Virus genome (UHGV): UHGV-0277313
Reading direction: 5' to 3' (one strand)
DNA: 64,000 nucleotides
DNA from: a virus
Shown here: piece after piece, positions 1 through 9,991 of the stretch
How positions within the stretch are numbered: the stretch's first letter is position 1
Layout of the letters: every line of letters starts with the position of its first letter
The notes under the pieces: generated by a model
Told to the model about the DNA's origin: nothing
Databases searched by the model: none
Seen by the model: only the letters and a program-made list of their open reading frames with translations
Position numbers and translations under genes: made by a program

Positions 1-98
1 CAAGAGTTCAGTTAGAATATGACTATGAACAAGCAGGGTTCGATTTTGCGGACATATTTAAAAAAGTCAGAGAGACCGGAGAGAATGGCAATATTTAT

Positions 99-662
99 AT
101 GTTGGCATTTGACAATCCGTTTGGTGACAGTGATGATCCTGATTTACAAGACATCGTCGATGCAAAGAAGCTTGCTTGTGAGTCATTCAATACGTTGCGT
201 GAAGTGGCAAGCGATGCGGCTGATTTTTCCTTTGACAAACAGGAATATGATGATGATTTCTGTCACAACATGAGCGACATCTTAAGCAGTCTTCAATGGA
301 CTGAAAAGGCAATCGAAGCCTTGCAACCGTATTTCGTAATACCCGTGGAAATATATGAAACATGTGGGTATAGTCAAGGTGATTATGCATACGTTGTTTT
401 ATTTGATAAAGACGTTACAGATAAAAAGCGTAACGAAGAAGTAAAACAATCTATCGATCACGCTTTTTGGGACGCGCCTATCTATTGTCGATTGGCCTTT
501 GGTGACGGTTCTGACTTTCTTGCTGATAGCGTTGACCGTTATGAGTACGATAAAGAAGAATACGCACATGATTTGGCAGAACAAGTAAAGAGTGAAATTC
601 CTGACATTGAAGCATTCGAGGAATATCTTCTTGAAATAATGCCCGATGAACCAACAAGTTAA
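99..662 (+). CDS. very acidic protein; speculatively a DNA-mimic/anti-restriction (ArdA/Ocr-like) protein
   Basis: 187-aa ORF rich in D/E throughout; no recognisable catalytic motif; function by analogy only. Confidence 0.45.
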   Translation: MLAFDNPFGDSDDPDLQDIVDAKKLACESFNTLREVASDAADFSFDKQEYDDDFCHNMSDILSSLQWTEKAIEALQPYFVIPVEIYETCGYSQGDYAYVVLFDKDVTDKKRNEEVKQSIDHAFWDAPIYCRLAFGDGSDFLADSVDRYEYDKEEYAHDLAEQVKSEIPDIEAFEEYLLEIMPDEPTS

Positions 663-1270
663 TGGAGGTTAAAATGAAAACAATAACAGTGAAAACATTG
701 CAAGGTTTAAAAGAAGCTTTGCAAAGTGAAGAAAAGAACTTGCAGATTTCATTCATCAACAAAAAGATACAATCTTTTCCGAAGATGAATATCGAACGTA
801 AGGCAGGTGTGATTATCTTGAAGTTATACACACCTAAACTGAAAACCTTGAAGAATGTTCCGGTTGTGTCACCGACTATAAATTGGCTCGATGTTGAGGA
901 AGCCAACTTGACGAAAATCGAAACAGCGGCTGAATGTAACATCACAAATCCTTGTGTGTGCTATTTGTCTTGTCTGAAAGATGACGATGTGGAAGTCACA
1001 AAAGAATCGGTTTTAAATTCAGGATTTCTCAGGATTGTGTTTGCATGGCAACAATTCACAAAAGGTTATATGCATGCAATCTTTGAAAAGGAATTGACGC
1101 CAAGAGCTTGTATCCCTGAAATGATATGTTCGGATTACAGTAACCTTAAAATCATCGATGCCTTCAAGGATATTGTTAAACAGGAAAACATGTTGACAAC
1201 AATAGAAATATTGATGGCACGCAGGGTTTTGGAAACGGACATTGGAGAGTTAACCTTTTCAACAATATGA
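662..1270 (+). CDS. hypothetical protein, C-terminal-motif family (ends IGELTFSTI)
   Basis: ORF tightly packed after the previous gene; shares C-terminal [IVL]G-x3-[LF]-x-x-[IVL]-stop. Confidence 0.6.
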   Translation: MEVKMKTITVKTLQGLKEALQSEEKNLQISFINKKIQSFPKMNIERKAGVIILKLYTPKLKTLKNVPVVSPTINWLDVEEANLTKIETAAECNITNPCVCYLSCLKDDDVEVTKESVLNSGFLRIVFAWQQFTKGYMHAIFEKELTPRACIPEMICSDYSNLKIIDAFKDIVKQENMLTTIEILMARRVLETDIGELTFSTI

Positions 1271-1280
1271 GAGGTGTGAT

Positions 1281-1877
1281 ATGTCAAAATATAAAAGTCG
1301 ATTATTGCAATCGGTTGAAGGAAAAGAAAGGATCGCTTTTTTAGATGTTTTCGATCCTCTCGTGAGGGAAGCAGTTGACTTTAATGACTTTCCTAAAGCA
1401 ATGACACGTATCACAGCGTTGTGTGACAGTTGTGATGGTATCAAGTATGATGAAAATATCGAAGCAATCGATTTGGCATCAGATAGTCACACAATCAAAC
1501 ATTTGGAACTGTTAGATAAAGCACCCGATATGAGTTTATATCTGACAGTTAAATTGACTGGCAAACCTGAAGACAATGATGAATTGTTGGAAGATTTGAA
1601 ACAGTTGAAAAAGGTTCAGGTACGACAGTTTATTCTTATTCTTACTGCTGGTGAAGATATGACTTGGCAACAAGAAAAAGAAGCTTTGTTGTATATCCTT
1701 CCTAAAATAACTTTGCCGCACATTCAAGAATTGTGTAGTATTAATATCGGGTCAGATAGAGCACTATTCTTTATGCCAAGAGAAAAGGATGAAACGGATT
1801 TATTACTGGAAGGGGCAATTAAACAAGCGGAAGATTTTCGTCGAACAGTTGGAGAAGATTGTTTGATAACGCTTTGA
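1281..1877 (+). CDS. hypothetical protein, C-terminal-motif family (ends VGEDCLITL)
   Basis: ORF with SD GAGGTG upstream; family C-terminus. Confidence 0.6.
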   Translation: MSKYKSRLLQSVEGKERIAFLDVFDPLVREAVDFNDFPKAMTRITALCDSCDGIKYDENIEAIDLASDSHTIKHLELLDKAPDMSLYLTVKLTGKPEDNDELLEDLKQLKKVQVRQFILILTAGEDMTWQQEKEALLYILPKITLPHIQELCSINIGSDRALFFMPREKDETDLLLEGAIKQAEDFRRTVGEDCLITL

Positions 1878-1891
1878 AAGGTAGGTGTATT

Positions 1892-2335
1892 ATGTTACCT
1901 TTATACGGTTACGCCTGTGAAGTCGATAAGACGTATAAACAATCTTGGTTGAGTATGTATCAAGATAAAAAATATAATATCGTTTTATCGAAGACTGTGA
2001 TGATGGGTGGACATCGCAGATTTCAAGTGATACAGCACCCAAGATGTGAATTAGAATGTCTGAAACAATTCAAAACTTGTGAAGAGGGAATAGATTTCAT
2101 CTGTGAACTAAACCCGTATTCCGAAGATGTTTGGGTTGTAAAAAAGGACGAACGATTTGGGTTATACATCAGAAGTGTTGGAATTGTCAACATGTATAAC
2201 ACACCGTCTTGGCAGCCCGTTTTCAGTGAAAGTTTTTTTGAACTGATTGAACAGTGGCGTGGGACATTATCATCGGCAACAGAACACTATAAACATATAA
2301 ATGATGATGGTGTTGGTTGCCTTTATACAATATGA
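1892..2335 (+). CDS. hypothetical protein, C-terminal-motif family (ends GVGCLYTI)
   Basis: ATG at 1892 preceded by AAAGGTAGG; track start 1859 overlaps the upstream gene. Confidence 0.55.
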   Translation: MLPLYGYACEVDKTYKQSWLSMYQDKKYNIVLSKTVMMGGHRRFQVIQHPRCELECLKQFKTCEEGIDFICELNPYSEDVWVVKKDERFGLYIRSVGIVNMYNTPSWQPVFSESFFELIEQWRGTLSSATEHYKHINDDGVGCLYTI

Positions 2336-2347
2336 AAGGGAAAAGCA

Positions 2348-2608
2348 ATGAAACAGTTTTATCAGCGTTGGGCAATGGATTGCACAGTGGAAAAAGGAAC
2401 AGGACAATGGTGGGTGTTAACGGACCCCGAAGGAACTAAAACTTTGGTATCGTATGATACACCCGTCGTGCGTCAGTATAAAGACGGAACGATGGTTCGA
2501 TTTGTTGAGAATTGTTCAATGACAACATTTCAACACATCAGAAAGTGGTCAGGTTTAAGAGCAGACGAATTCCGCGAATTGCCGATTGTCCCTATTGAAA
2601 GAGGTTAA
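2348..2608 (+). CDS. hypothetical protein
   Basis: 86-aa ORF with SD GAAAGGGAAAAG upstream. Confidence 0.5.
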   Translation: MKQFYQRWAMDCTVEKGTGQWWVLTDPEGTKTLVSYDTPVVRQYKDGTMVRFVENCSMTTFQHIRKWSGLRADEFRELPIVPIERG

Positions 2609-2611
2609 ACA

Positions 2612-2800
2612 ATGCCGAATGTAAGTAAGGTAAGACAACTTGCACGACAAACACTGGAAATGATGCAAACTGATTTGACTGATGAAGAAAAAGAGGATTG
2701 CATTGATTACGCATGGACATTGAACGATTTGGGAATGTCTGAACGTGAAGCAGTGATTGCCGCGTGTAAAGAATTTGTTTTGAAAGAAAGGAGTTTCTGA
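2612..2800 (+). CDS. hypothetical small protein
   Basis: 62-aa ORF, tightly coupled to neighbours. Confidence 0.4.
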   Translation: MPNVSKVRQLARQTLEMMQTDLTDEEKEDCIDYAWTLNDLGMSEREAVIAACKEFVLKERSF

Positions 2801-2801
2801 A

Positions 2802-3290
2802 ATGTCATACACGCCTTTATCAGAAAAATCAAGAAAGAACATAGCGAAGGAAATCGAGTCAGTGCAACATCTTATCACACTGATTCCGCAGGTTCAAGAA
2901 GTCATTAAGAAGTATGACGGAGCGGAACCGACGACACGAACGATTAACAAAATCAGAAAGGAATTAAGCAAGATCGACAAATACCTTGACTATAGCTATG
3001 CATACAGTCACATCAAGGTTGATCACAACGATTATCAAAATGAAATTGAGACTTATCATTGCCTGTATTCCGTATATGATGTGACTGATAAGCTGATATA
3101 CAAGGAAGAATCCTTTGAAGAACATAAGGAATACTTTCAAAAGTATATTAAAAAGTTTCAGAACTTCCTTGTGAGGGAAAAGTTGTTGTTGGAAAGCTTG
3201 CAACAGATTACGGAAACATACAATGCAGTGGTTGAGGAAATCCCGACAGTTTGTCAAAGACTGATTGGTGTAAGGGTTTCACGCTTTTAA
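2802..3290 (+). CDS. hypothetical protein
   Basis: 162-aa ORF with SD AAAGGAG upstream. Confidence 0.5.
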   Translation: MSYTPLSEKSRKNIAKEIESVQHLITLIPQVQEVIKKYDGAEPTTRTINKIRKELSKIDKYLDYSYAYSHIKVDHNDYQNEIETYHCLYSVYDVTDKLIYKEESFEEHKEYFQKYIKKFQNFLVREKLLLESLQQITETYNAVVEEIPTVCQRLIGVRVSRF

Positions 3291-3303
3291 AAGGAGTTTG
3301 ACA

Positions 3304-3753
3304 ATGATTAAAGAGTGTGATAAGAAAGATGCAACGTTAGCTTTTATCATTCAGTCATTGGCTGAAGAAGGCGGTGTACAGTTGCACGGAAAACAAACAG
3401 ATGTGAACCGTATCAAAGGGAATATTGGTTCACAATTAACAATCAAGACTAAAGTTCCTATTACTAAAAGTCTGATTGATGCACTGAACGAAATGGAAGA
3501 TACAGCAACAATAAGCTTGACTTCTTTATCAGAAACGGTCAATATGTTTAAACAAAAACAAGAAGCTATGGAAAACAGTATGAAAAAACTGTTGGACATT
3601 GTTACACGATTGACAAATGCTGTTGATAACTTCGCAGCAGAGAATTGTGAAAGCCTTGACGATGTGAAAGAGTTTGAAGAAACATACAACGTAAAGGTCA
3701 GTAACACACTGAAAGAGGAATTCAAAGCGATTGAAGAAATACGCGAGAGGTGA
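3304..3753 (+). CDS. hypothetical protein (coiled-coil-like)
   Basis: ATG at 3304 after AAGGAG; acidic, helical composition. Confidence 0.5.
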   Translation: MIKECDKKDATLAFIIQSLAEEGGVQLHGKQTDVNRIKGNIGSQLTIKTKVPITKSLIDALNEMEDTATISLTSLSETVNMFKQKQEAMENSMKKLLDIVTRLTNAVDNFAAENCESLDDVKEFEETYNVKVSNTLKEEFKAIEEIRER

Positions 3754-3947
3754 ATATGAAATCTAAAGAAAAGAGTAATGAAACATTGACAATGGCAAGG
3801 TTGGAAGGAACGAGTATAGCTTTACATCGTTTCAGTATAGTCCTTGCCGTTGTCGTGTTTTTTGGGGCAATGACTTTACAAGGAACATATGATCCTGTCA
3901 GTAAAGCAATTCAACAGATACGGTTGCAAGAAATACGGGGAGAATAA
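3750..3947 (+). CDS. small hydrophobic protein (one predicted TM segment)
   Basis: 65-aa ORF overlapping the previous stop (ATGA); hydrophobic stretch VLAVVVFFGAMTL. Confidence 0.4.
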   Translation: MNMKSKEKSNETLTMARLEGTSIALHRFSIVLAVVVFFGAMTLQGTYDPVSKAIQQIRLQEIRGE

Positions 3948-3950
3948 ACA

Positions 3951-5279
3951 ATGTCAAACAACCAAAACATGCACAAGGCAAAAACGGAAAAGAATGACGA
4001 GTTTTACACAAGAAGGGAGGATATCGAAAAGGAACTTAAAAATTACAAAGATTACTTTAAAGGCAAAAGAGTGCTGTGTAATTGTGATGACCCGTTTGAA
4101 AGTTACTTCTTTAAATTCTTTGCTTCGCAATTCAAAGAGTTGAAATTAAAAAAGTTAATCACAACAAGCTATTATGACAGCGCTATCAAAAAGCAGAATA
4201 TCAATATGTTTGATGTTGGCGCTTACGCTGTTGTTATGGACAAAAAGGCAGGTTTTTTTAAACAACGAACATATGATTTGCAAGATGTTGAATGCTGGTT
4301 GGAAGAACAAAAGAACCTTTCGATACAAGGATCAGATTCTGCTTTAAAGTCGTTGACGACAGGGGACTTTGCAAGTAAAGAATGTGTGAAGTTCCTTGAT
4401 GAAGCTGATATTGTTGTGACAAATCCGCCGTTTTCAAAATTCCGTGAGTTTGTTGCCTTGCTGATGGAACATAAAAAACAGTTCCTAATTATCGGGAATA
4501 TGAATGCAATCACATATAAAGAAATTTTCCCGTTGATTAAGGAAAACAAATTGTGGTTGGGATATGAATCACCGAAAGAGTTTGTACAACCTGATGGAAC
4601 AACTAAAAAGTTTGGTAACATTTGTTGGTTCACAAACTTGCCGACCGAGAAACGTGAAGAGTATTTGGATTTGTTCGAAAATTACAGTCCTGACAAATAC
4701 CCGATGTACGACAACTATCTTGCAATCAATGTTGACCGTGTGTCTGACATTCCGTGCAATGAATGGTTTATCATGACGGTTGGTGAAGACCGTTATAACA
4801 AACTGAAAGCGACGTATGGTGACGATTGCGTGCTGATTGATGGTGATGATGTTAATAAACAGTATCGCATCAAGGTTCGTAACATTGTCATGGGTGTTCC
4901 TATTACGTTCCTTGACAAGTATTGCCCAGAACAGTTTGAGATTGTATCATTCCGTAAAGGCGATAACGGTGAAGACTTAATCTTTACGAGAGAGAGAGAG
5001 AAAGAGTTCAATCGTACTTTCGAGTCCTTATACGACATCGATAGCAGGAGTGATCAAGAACAAAGAAGGATTGATAAATGGGAAGCCTACATACGCGAGA
5101 ATAACAATAAGAAAGGTGGTTTAACAAGAGAACCTATTGATTGTTTTCATGTGTTGTTAACAAATGGAAATTGTGCTTCACATGGTAAAGAAGTAAGGAG
5201 GATTGAGAATGAAAGCCCTTGTATTAATGGAAAGTGGCTTTATACCAGAATAACAATTCGTAAGAAACCTAAACAATAA
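3951..5279 (+). CDS. N6-adenine DNA methyltransferase (amino-MTase, NPPF motif)
   Basis: Motif IV VVTNPPFS; candidate AdoMet-binding region VLCNCDDPFESYF; 442 aa; SD GGGGAG upstream. Confidence 0.65.
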   Translation: MSNNQNMHKAKTEKNDEFYTRREDIEKELKNYKDYFKGKRVLCNCDDPFESYFFKFFASQFKELKLKKLITTSYYDSAIKKQNINMFDVGAYAVVMDKKAGFFKQRTYDLQDVECWLEEQKNLSIQGSDSALKSLTTGDFASKECVKFLDEADIVVTNPPFSKFREFVALLMEHKKQFLIIGNMNAITYKEIFPLIKENKLWLGYESPKEFVQPDGTTKKFGNICWFTNLPTEKREEYLDLFENYSPDKYPMYDNYLAINVDRVSDIPCNEWFIMTVGEDRYNKLKATYGDDCVLIDGDDVNKQYRIKVRNIVMGVPITFLDKYCPEQFEIVSFRKGDNGEDLIFTREREKEFNRTFESLYDIDSRSDQEQRRIDKWEAYIRENNNKKGGLTREPIDCFHVLLTNGNCASHGKEVRRIENESPCINGKWLYTRITIRKKPKQ

Positions 5280-5291
5280 ACCTTAACAAAT

Positions 5292-5327
5292 AAAAGCGGT
5301 ATCATTCATTGGTATCGCTTTTATTTT
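5292..5327 (+). terminator. rho-independent terminator
   Basis: AAAAGCGGTATC-loop-GGTATCGCTTTTATTTT, stem followed by a T-run. Confidence 0.6.
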
Positions 5328-5374
5328 ATCAAACATTCAACAAATTGTCAACATCTAAATGAAAGGAAAAAGAG

Positions 5375-6550
5375 ATGACGATGAAAATTACGAAAACCGA
5401 AATTGCAGTTCGCGATTTGGTGAAGAATTACAAGGAGGATAAGAAGACGCATGAAGTCGTTGGTTACGGCAAGAAGCTGAACATTCGTCCGAAGTATCAG
5501 AGGGAATTTGTTTATGAAGGCAAAAAGGAAAAACAGAAGTTCGCTGTTATTGAAACAGTGATGAAAGGTTTCCCGCTGAATACCGTTTATTGGGCAAAGT
5601 CTGATGAGGATGGATTCGATTGGGAAGTTCTTGATGGGCAGCAGCGTACAATTTCGCTTTGTCGTTTCTGTACAAATCAGTTTTCGATTGAGTTGGAAAA
5701 AGGTTTCCCGATGACTTTTGCGAACCTTTCAGAAGAAGACCAGAACAAGATTTTGGATTACAAGCTTGACGTGTATCAGTGCGAAGGAACTGATGCAGAA
5801 AAGCTTGAATGGTTTAAAGTCATTAACATTGCAGGTGAAAAACTGTTTCCGCAGGAATTGAGAAATGCGGTTTATGCAGGTGAATGGTTGACCCGTGCAA
5901 AAGAATTGTTTTCCAAACGGACAGGTTGGGTGTATCGCAAATACAAAGACCTTTTGTCTGGAGAAGTCATTCGACAGGATTACCTTGAAACGGCATTGAG
6001 TTGGATTGGTGCGAAGGAAGGCAAGAGTATTGAGGAATACATGGCAGCGCACCAGTTTGACGAAGTGAACAAAGAAGGAACACCTGAAGGATTCCCGTTG
6101 TTCAAATATGTGAAAGATGTGTTTGATTGGGTTGACAAGACATTCCCGACAGCGCGGTCATATTTGAAAGAAGCGAAGAAAGTGGAATGGGGTTTGTTGT
6201 ACAATCGGTTTGGTACAGAGTCGCCTGACATTGAAGAAATCAATGATGAGGTCAACCGCCTGATGATGGACAGTGATGTTCAGAAAAAATCAGGGATTTG
6301 GGAATATGTGTTATCGAATGATGAGAGTGCATTGAACATTCGCACGTTTGATGACAATACCAAACGGGAAGTATATGAACGCCAAAATCACAAATGTCCG
6401 TATTGTGTACGGGAAGGAAATGACAAGGAGTACAACATCGAAGATATGGAAGCTGATCATATAACGCCGTGGTCACAGGGCGGGAAGACGACAGCTAATA
6501 ACTGTCAGATGTTGTGTAAGAAACACAATCGAAAGAAGAGTGACAAGTAA
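5375..6550 (+). CDS. DUF262 (ParB-like, GmrS-type) domain fused to an HNH nuclease; GmrSD/type IV restriction-like
   Basis: N-terminal DGQQRTISL (DUF262 DGQQR box); C-terminal HNH: HKCPYCV...ADHITPWSQGG...NNCQMLCKKHN. Confidence 0.75.
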   Translation: MTMKITKTEIAVRDLVKNYKEDKKTHEVVGYGKKLNIRPKYQREFVYEGKKEKQKFAVIETVMKGFPLNTVYWAKSDEDGFDWEVLDGQQRTISLCRFCTNQFSIELEKGFPMTFANLSEEDQNKILDYKLDVYQCEGTDAEKLEWFKVINIAGEKLFPQELRNAVYAGEWLTRAKELFSKRTGWVYRKYKDLLSGEVIRQDYLETALSWIGAKEGKSIEEYMAAHQFDEVNKEGTPEGFPLFKYVKDVFDWVDKTFPTARSYLKEAKKVEWGLLYNRFGTESPDIEEINDEVNRLMMDSDVQKKSGIWEYVLSNDESALNIRTFDDNTKREVYERQNHKCPYCVREGNDKEYNIEDMEADHITPWSQGGKTTANNCQMLCKKHNRKKSDK

Positions 6551-6624
6551 GAACATGTTGACAAATGGAACGGGTGGTAGTAATATCACCCGTTTTCAAT
6601 AAAAATGGTGGAAGGAGTAAAGAG

Positions 6625-6894
6625 ATGATTAAGGTTGGCGATATTTGCAAAGAGACAGTAAGTGATGATAAGGAAGTTATGTATGTCATCACGAAGATAG
6701 CGTCATCGGAAGTGACAGATGTTCACATGATAACATCGGACGGAGAGACGCAGTGTTTGTCGTTTGTTGATGAAGAAACGATGAATGACACGTTAGAAGC
6801 GAATCGAATCATCAGTAATGATGAAGACAAGGATTGGTTGACAATGGCGAGTGTAGTCTTTACTGACGGGTTAAGAACGATACATTCGATATAA
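6625..6894 (+). CDS. hypothetical protein
   Basis: ATG at 6625 after GGAAGGAG; ends ...GLRTIHSI (weak family motif). Confidence 0.5.
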   Translation: MIKVGDICKETVSDDKEVMYVITKIASSEVTDVHMITSDGETQCLSFVDEETMNDTLEANRIISNDEDKDWLTMASVVFTDGLRTIHSI

Positions 6895-6909
6895 TAAGGA
6901 GTGAAGACG

Positions 6910-7584
6910 ATGGGACAGCGTTTAATTGTGGAATTTAAGTATCAAGATAAAACAATTGCAGGATTGTATCAACATTGGTCAGCCTATACATTGGACGCTT
7001 TCAATACATTGGAATGTCTGATGGGTATAGGATATCGTGAAAAGCCCCAGAATGAGAAACAGGCTTTATTGCAAGCTTTGGAGATGATTAGCAACATTGA
7101 AGGTGTTGCGTGGGACAGTTATGACCCGACAGAGAAAAACAGTGATGACGAGGATAACGGTTGGGTATATATCCGAAAGAACTTTACAGGGAACGATGAC
7201 GAATCGAACGATATTCGTGAGATATCAAAATCGTTTTGTTTTGTGGGAGACCGTTCAACAGGGTTAGCAATCGTAGGCAAGCCAGCTGAAGATTGTTTGG
7301 GTTTAGGTGAGTATAGTATAGCGATTAGACTTGATGAACATGTAATCGAGTTTGACGTATATAACAGATACGACAACATGGTTGAGTATGTGGATTGTTG
7401 TGGCAATCCTTCAAAAAGACCGTCGCGAGTAATCTTGCCTAAAGGTGTGTACGTTGACTATTTCAAATTTGATGATATGCATTATATATCATCGTTTTTG
7501 GAAAAGTTGGGTGATGGAACAGCCTATTTTGCACCAAGTGTTGGCTATTGTGATGACGACACGATTTTTAGTGCAATAGGATAA
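6910..7584 (+). CDS. hypothetical protein
   Basis: ATG at 6910 after TAAGGAGTG; 224 aa. Confidence 0.55.
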   Translation: MGQRLIVEFKYQDKTIAGLYQHWSAYTLDAFNTLECLMGIGYREKPQNEKQALLQALEMISNIEGVAWDSYDPTEKNSDDEDNGWVYIRKNFTGNDDESNDIREISKSFCFVGDRSTGLAIVGKPAEDCLGLGEYSIAIRLDEHVIEFDVYNRYDNMVEYVDCCGNPSKRPSRVILPKGVYVDYFKFDDMHYISSFLEKLGDGTAYFAPSVGYCDDDTIFSAIG

Positions 7585-7606
7585 CTTTAACAAAGGAGTA
7601 AAAGAT

Positions 7607-9916
7607 ATGGAAGTTAAAACGTCGAATGTGGTTATGGAAAGCAGTGAACAGTTGCAAGAAAAACAATTTACGATTGCAACGAATGCGAAAGCGTTTGAAA
7701 TCCTGACGAGTACATTGTATAAGAATGTTCCGTCGTCAATCGTTCGGGAATTGATTTCGAATGGTTATGATGGACATGTTCGTGCGGGGAATGTCGATAA
7801 AGAAATTGAGGTACATGCCCCGTTTGTTTTTGAACCGACTTTTGAAGTTCGTGATTTTGGTTGTTCGATGGACGAAGAAACGATGATGAATGTATATACG
7901 ACATTCTTTTCATCGACCAAAAACGCGGATAACAATGAAGTCGGCGGTTTCGGGTTGGGTTGTAAATTGCCGTTTGCATATACGGATATGTTCACTATTA
8001 CAACGTATCTGAATGGCAAACAGCAAGATTATATCGCCAGCAAGAACAATGGTGTTCCGACATTGAGCAAGTTGGGAGATGCAACTGATACGTCTGAACC
8101 GAATGGCGTTAAGGTGTGTGTTCCTGTTCAAGAAGACGACATTGATGCCTTCTGTGGGGCTGTCAAGTATATGGTGAGATATTCCAAGTTTAAAATCAAA
8201 TCAAATTTGGAATGTGAAGCTGTGAAAGAATATGACAACTTCGGGTTGACAAACTTTCACAATTATGGTCAAATCACTGAAGAAGATAGATGTTTCAAAT
8301 GGAAACAGATTATCAGAGTTGGTGGTGTGCCGTATGCCTTTGACAAAAGCACGATGGAGCAAGACTTCATTGGTTGGCAAGATGTCAAGTACTTCAAGCT
8401 TGAAAAAACCTATGAGGGAAACAACGCATTGTTGCATGAAGCTTTGGCTGAATGTAATGATACGGAATTTCTTGAATGTAACATGTCGCAGCTGTTTAAC
8501 TTCAATGGCTGTTTGGATTTTGAAGTGGGTGAATTGGATATTACGGCATCGAGAGAATCCTTGCAGTATTCAAAGAAAACCCGTAAAGCGTTATTCAAAC
8601 GATTGGTTGAAGTGCAAACTGCTTTGTCGAAACGTCTGACAAAGATGTTAGATAAGTGGAACAATAACGTTGGAACGTTTCAGGAAGCGTTGGAGAAGTT
8701 AAAATACTTCAAACAAATTCAATGGGGAGCGTTTTCGTATGTTGTCAGAAACCGCCCGTTCAAATACAGATGCGGTCGTCATGAAAACAAAGTTAATTTG
8801 GATTCGTGTGACGTGTCGCTGGTTTGTTATGGGGATCAGGTGTTGAAAGAAAACGATTTGTTGAAAGGTTTGATTACGCCTAAACTTCATACGTTAAATG
8901 GAGATACAAAACGTATTCAACATTCAGCAAGATTGACGACGTTTAATCCTTGTAAGGGTTTGAAACAGATTGAGGTTTATTTGACAAATGCCCCTTTGAA
9001 ACATTCGGGCATTTCAATAAGCCAAGAAGAGATTAACTTGTTAGGTCGGTATTCGGCGTGCAAGGCAATCATTTCTGTTTCGAGTCGTTCAAACGTTAAA
9101 GAGCAAGGAGAGTGGCTGCAAAAACAGTTTGATGAAATTTGTCCAGACCTGTATAAAGTAATCACGGTTGACAAGAAAGATTGTTTCATTCCGAAAGTTG
9201 AAAAGGAAAGAAACGGTAAGACTGTCACAGTGGTTGCTGAAGACGAACGCCCGATGACGATTGCCGCCAAAGAGTTGATTGAACAGATGAAACCGATCAG
9301 CGATTGTTTTGGTCAAATCTATCTGTTCAAATCAAACAGTATTCAATATCAAGTACAACGGGTATTGGAGAGTTTGGTGATGGCAAAAGACTTAACGGGT
9401 ATTCCTGACTTAACCCCGATTCTTGAATGTGTCAAGATTCATGGAACGGCAAGAAAGATGGTTGAGAAATACACTGATATTCCTGTTGTCTTCTTTGAAG
9501 ATGAAATGGAAAACGACAGAAACGGTGATGTTATCTTCCGTCATGAATTGTTCCGTAAATTGAAACATGTCTTGCAAAGAATATGTTTCTTTATAAACAT
9601 GGATTCTGATACTGCAAAACTTGGAAGGGCTATCGTTAAATATGGCAAAGACCTTAATGTGAACATGGATACATTGAAGGTGATGGCACAATATAAGGAG
9701 ATGGCTTTCCCGAATTTGTATCTGTCGGAAGTCAATATGGATTCTGATCATGTTCAAGAGGTTTGGGTGAATGTCTGTCGGAATTGTCTTAACCGTTTGG
9801 ATAATGAACAAAGGTTCAAACTGTTGGCACAAATCTTCTTGAACTGTAGCTTCTATTTGCCGAATAAGCCGTTCAGGAAACTGATTGCAAGTTTCGGCTT
9901 GACAACGGACAGGTAA
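7607..9916 (+). CDS. GHKL (Bergerat-fold) ATPase domain protein, HSP90/MORC-like N-terminus, 769 aa
   Basis: N-box VRELISNGYDG (compare HSP90 ELISNASDA); G-box GGFGLGCKLPFAY; SD AAAGGAG upstream. Confidence 0.7.
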   Translation: MEVKTSNVVMESSEQLQEKQFTIATNAKAFEILTSTLYKNVPSSIVRELISNGYDGHVRAGNVDKEIEVHAPFVFEPTFEVRDFGCSMDEETMMNVYTTFFSSTKNADNNEVGGFGLGCKLPFAYTDMFTITTYLNGKQQDYIASKNNGVPTLSKLGDATDTSEPNGVKVCVPVQEDDIDAFCGAVKYMVRYSKFKIKSNLECEAVKEYDNFGLTNFHNYGQITEEDRCFKWKQIIRVGGVPYAFDKSTMEQDFIGWQDVKYFKLEKTYEGNNALLHEALAECNDTEFLECNMSQLFNFNGCLDFEVGELDITASRESLQYSKKTRKALFKRLVEVQTALSKRLTKMLDKWNNNVGTFQEALEKLKYFKQIQWGAFSYVVRNRPFKYRCGRHENKVNLDSCDVSLVCYGDQVLKENDLLKGLITPKLHTLNGDTKRIQHSARLTTFNPCKGLKQIEVYLTNAPLKHSGISISQEEINLLGRYSACKAIISVSSRSNVKEQGEWLQKQFDEICPDLYKVITVDKKDCFIPKVEKERNGKTVTVVAEDERPMTIAAKELIEQMKPISDCFGQIYLFKSNSIQYQVQRVLESLVMAKDLTGIPDLTPILECVKIHGTARKMVEKYTDIPVVFFEDEMENDRNGDVIFRHELFRKLKHVLQRICFFINMDSDTAKLGRAIVKYGKDLNVNMDTLKVMAQYKEMAFPNLYLSEVNMDSDHVQEVWVNVCRNCLNRLDNEQRFKLLAQIFLNCSFYLPNKPFRKLIASFGLTTDR

Positions 9917-9925
9917 CATGATAAA

Positions 9926-9960
9926 GAAAAGGGGTAATGAAAATTATCCCTTTTCTTTTT
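9926..9960 (+). terminator. rho-independent terminator
   Basis: GAAAAGGGGTAAT-loop-ATTATCCCTTTTCTTTTT. Confidence 0.6.
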
Positions 9961-9991
9961 AACTGATGAATTTTAATGAAAGGGCAAGACA

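Noticed and set aside
478-945. Numerous minus-strand ORFs of 60-150 aa nested inside plus-strand genes, e.g. 478..945, 3351..3725, 9410..9919, 21089..21538 and 23034..23417
   Set aside because: They are low-complexity AT-rich reverse-frame ORFs. They have no start context and sit inside densely packed plus-strand genes with good Shine-Dalgarno sites.
7607-9916. Type II topoisomerase ATPase subunit (GyrB/T4 gp39-like)
   Set aside because: The N-box and G-box resemble HSP90/MORC more than GyrB (ELISNGYDG versus GyrB EVVDNSIDE). I could not identify a TOPRIM domain or a partner gyrA-like subunit in the window, so it is kept as a generic GHKL ATPase.
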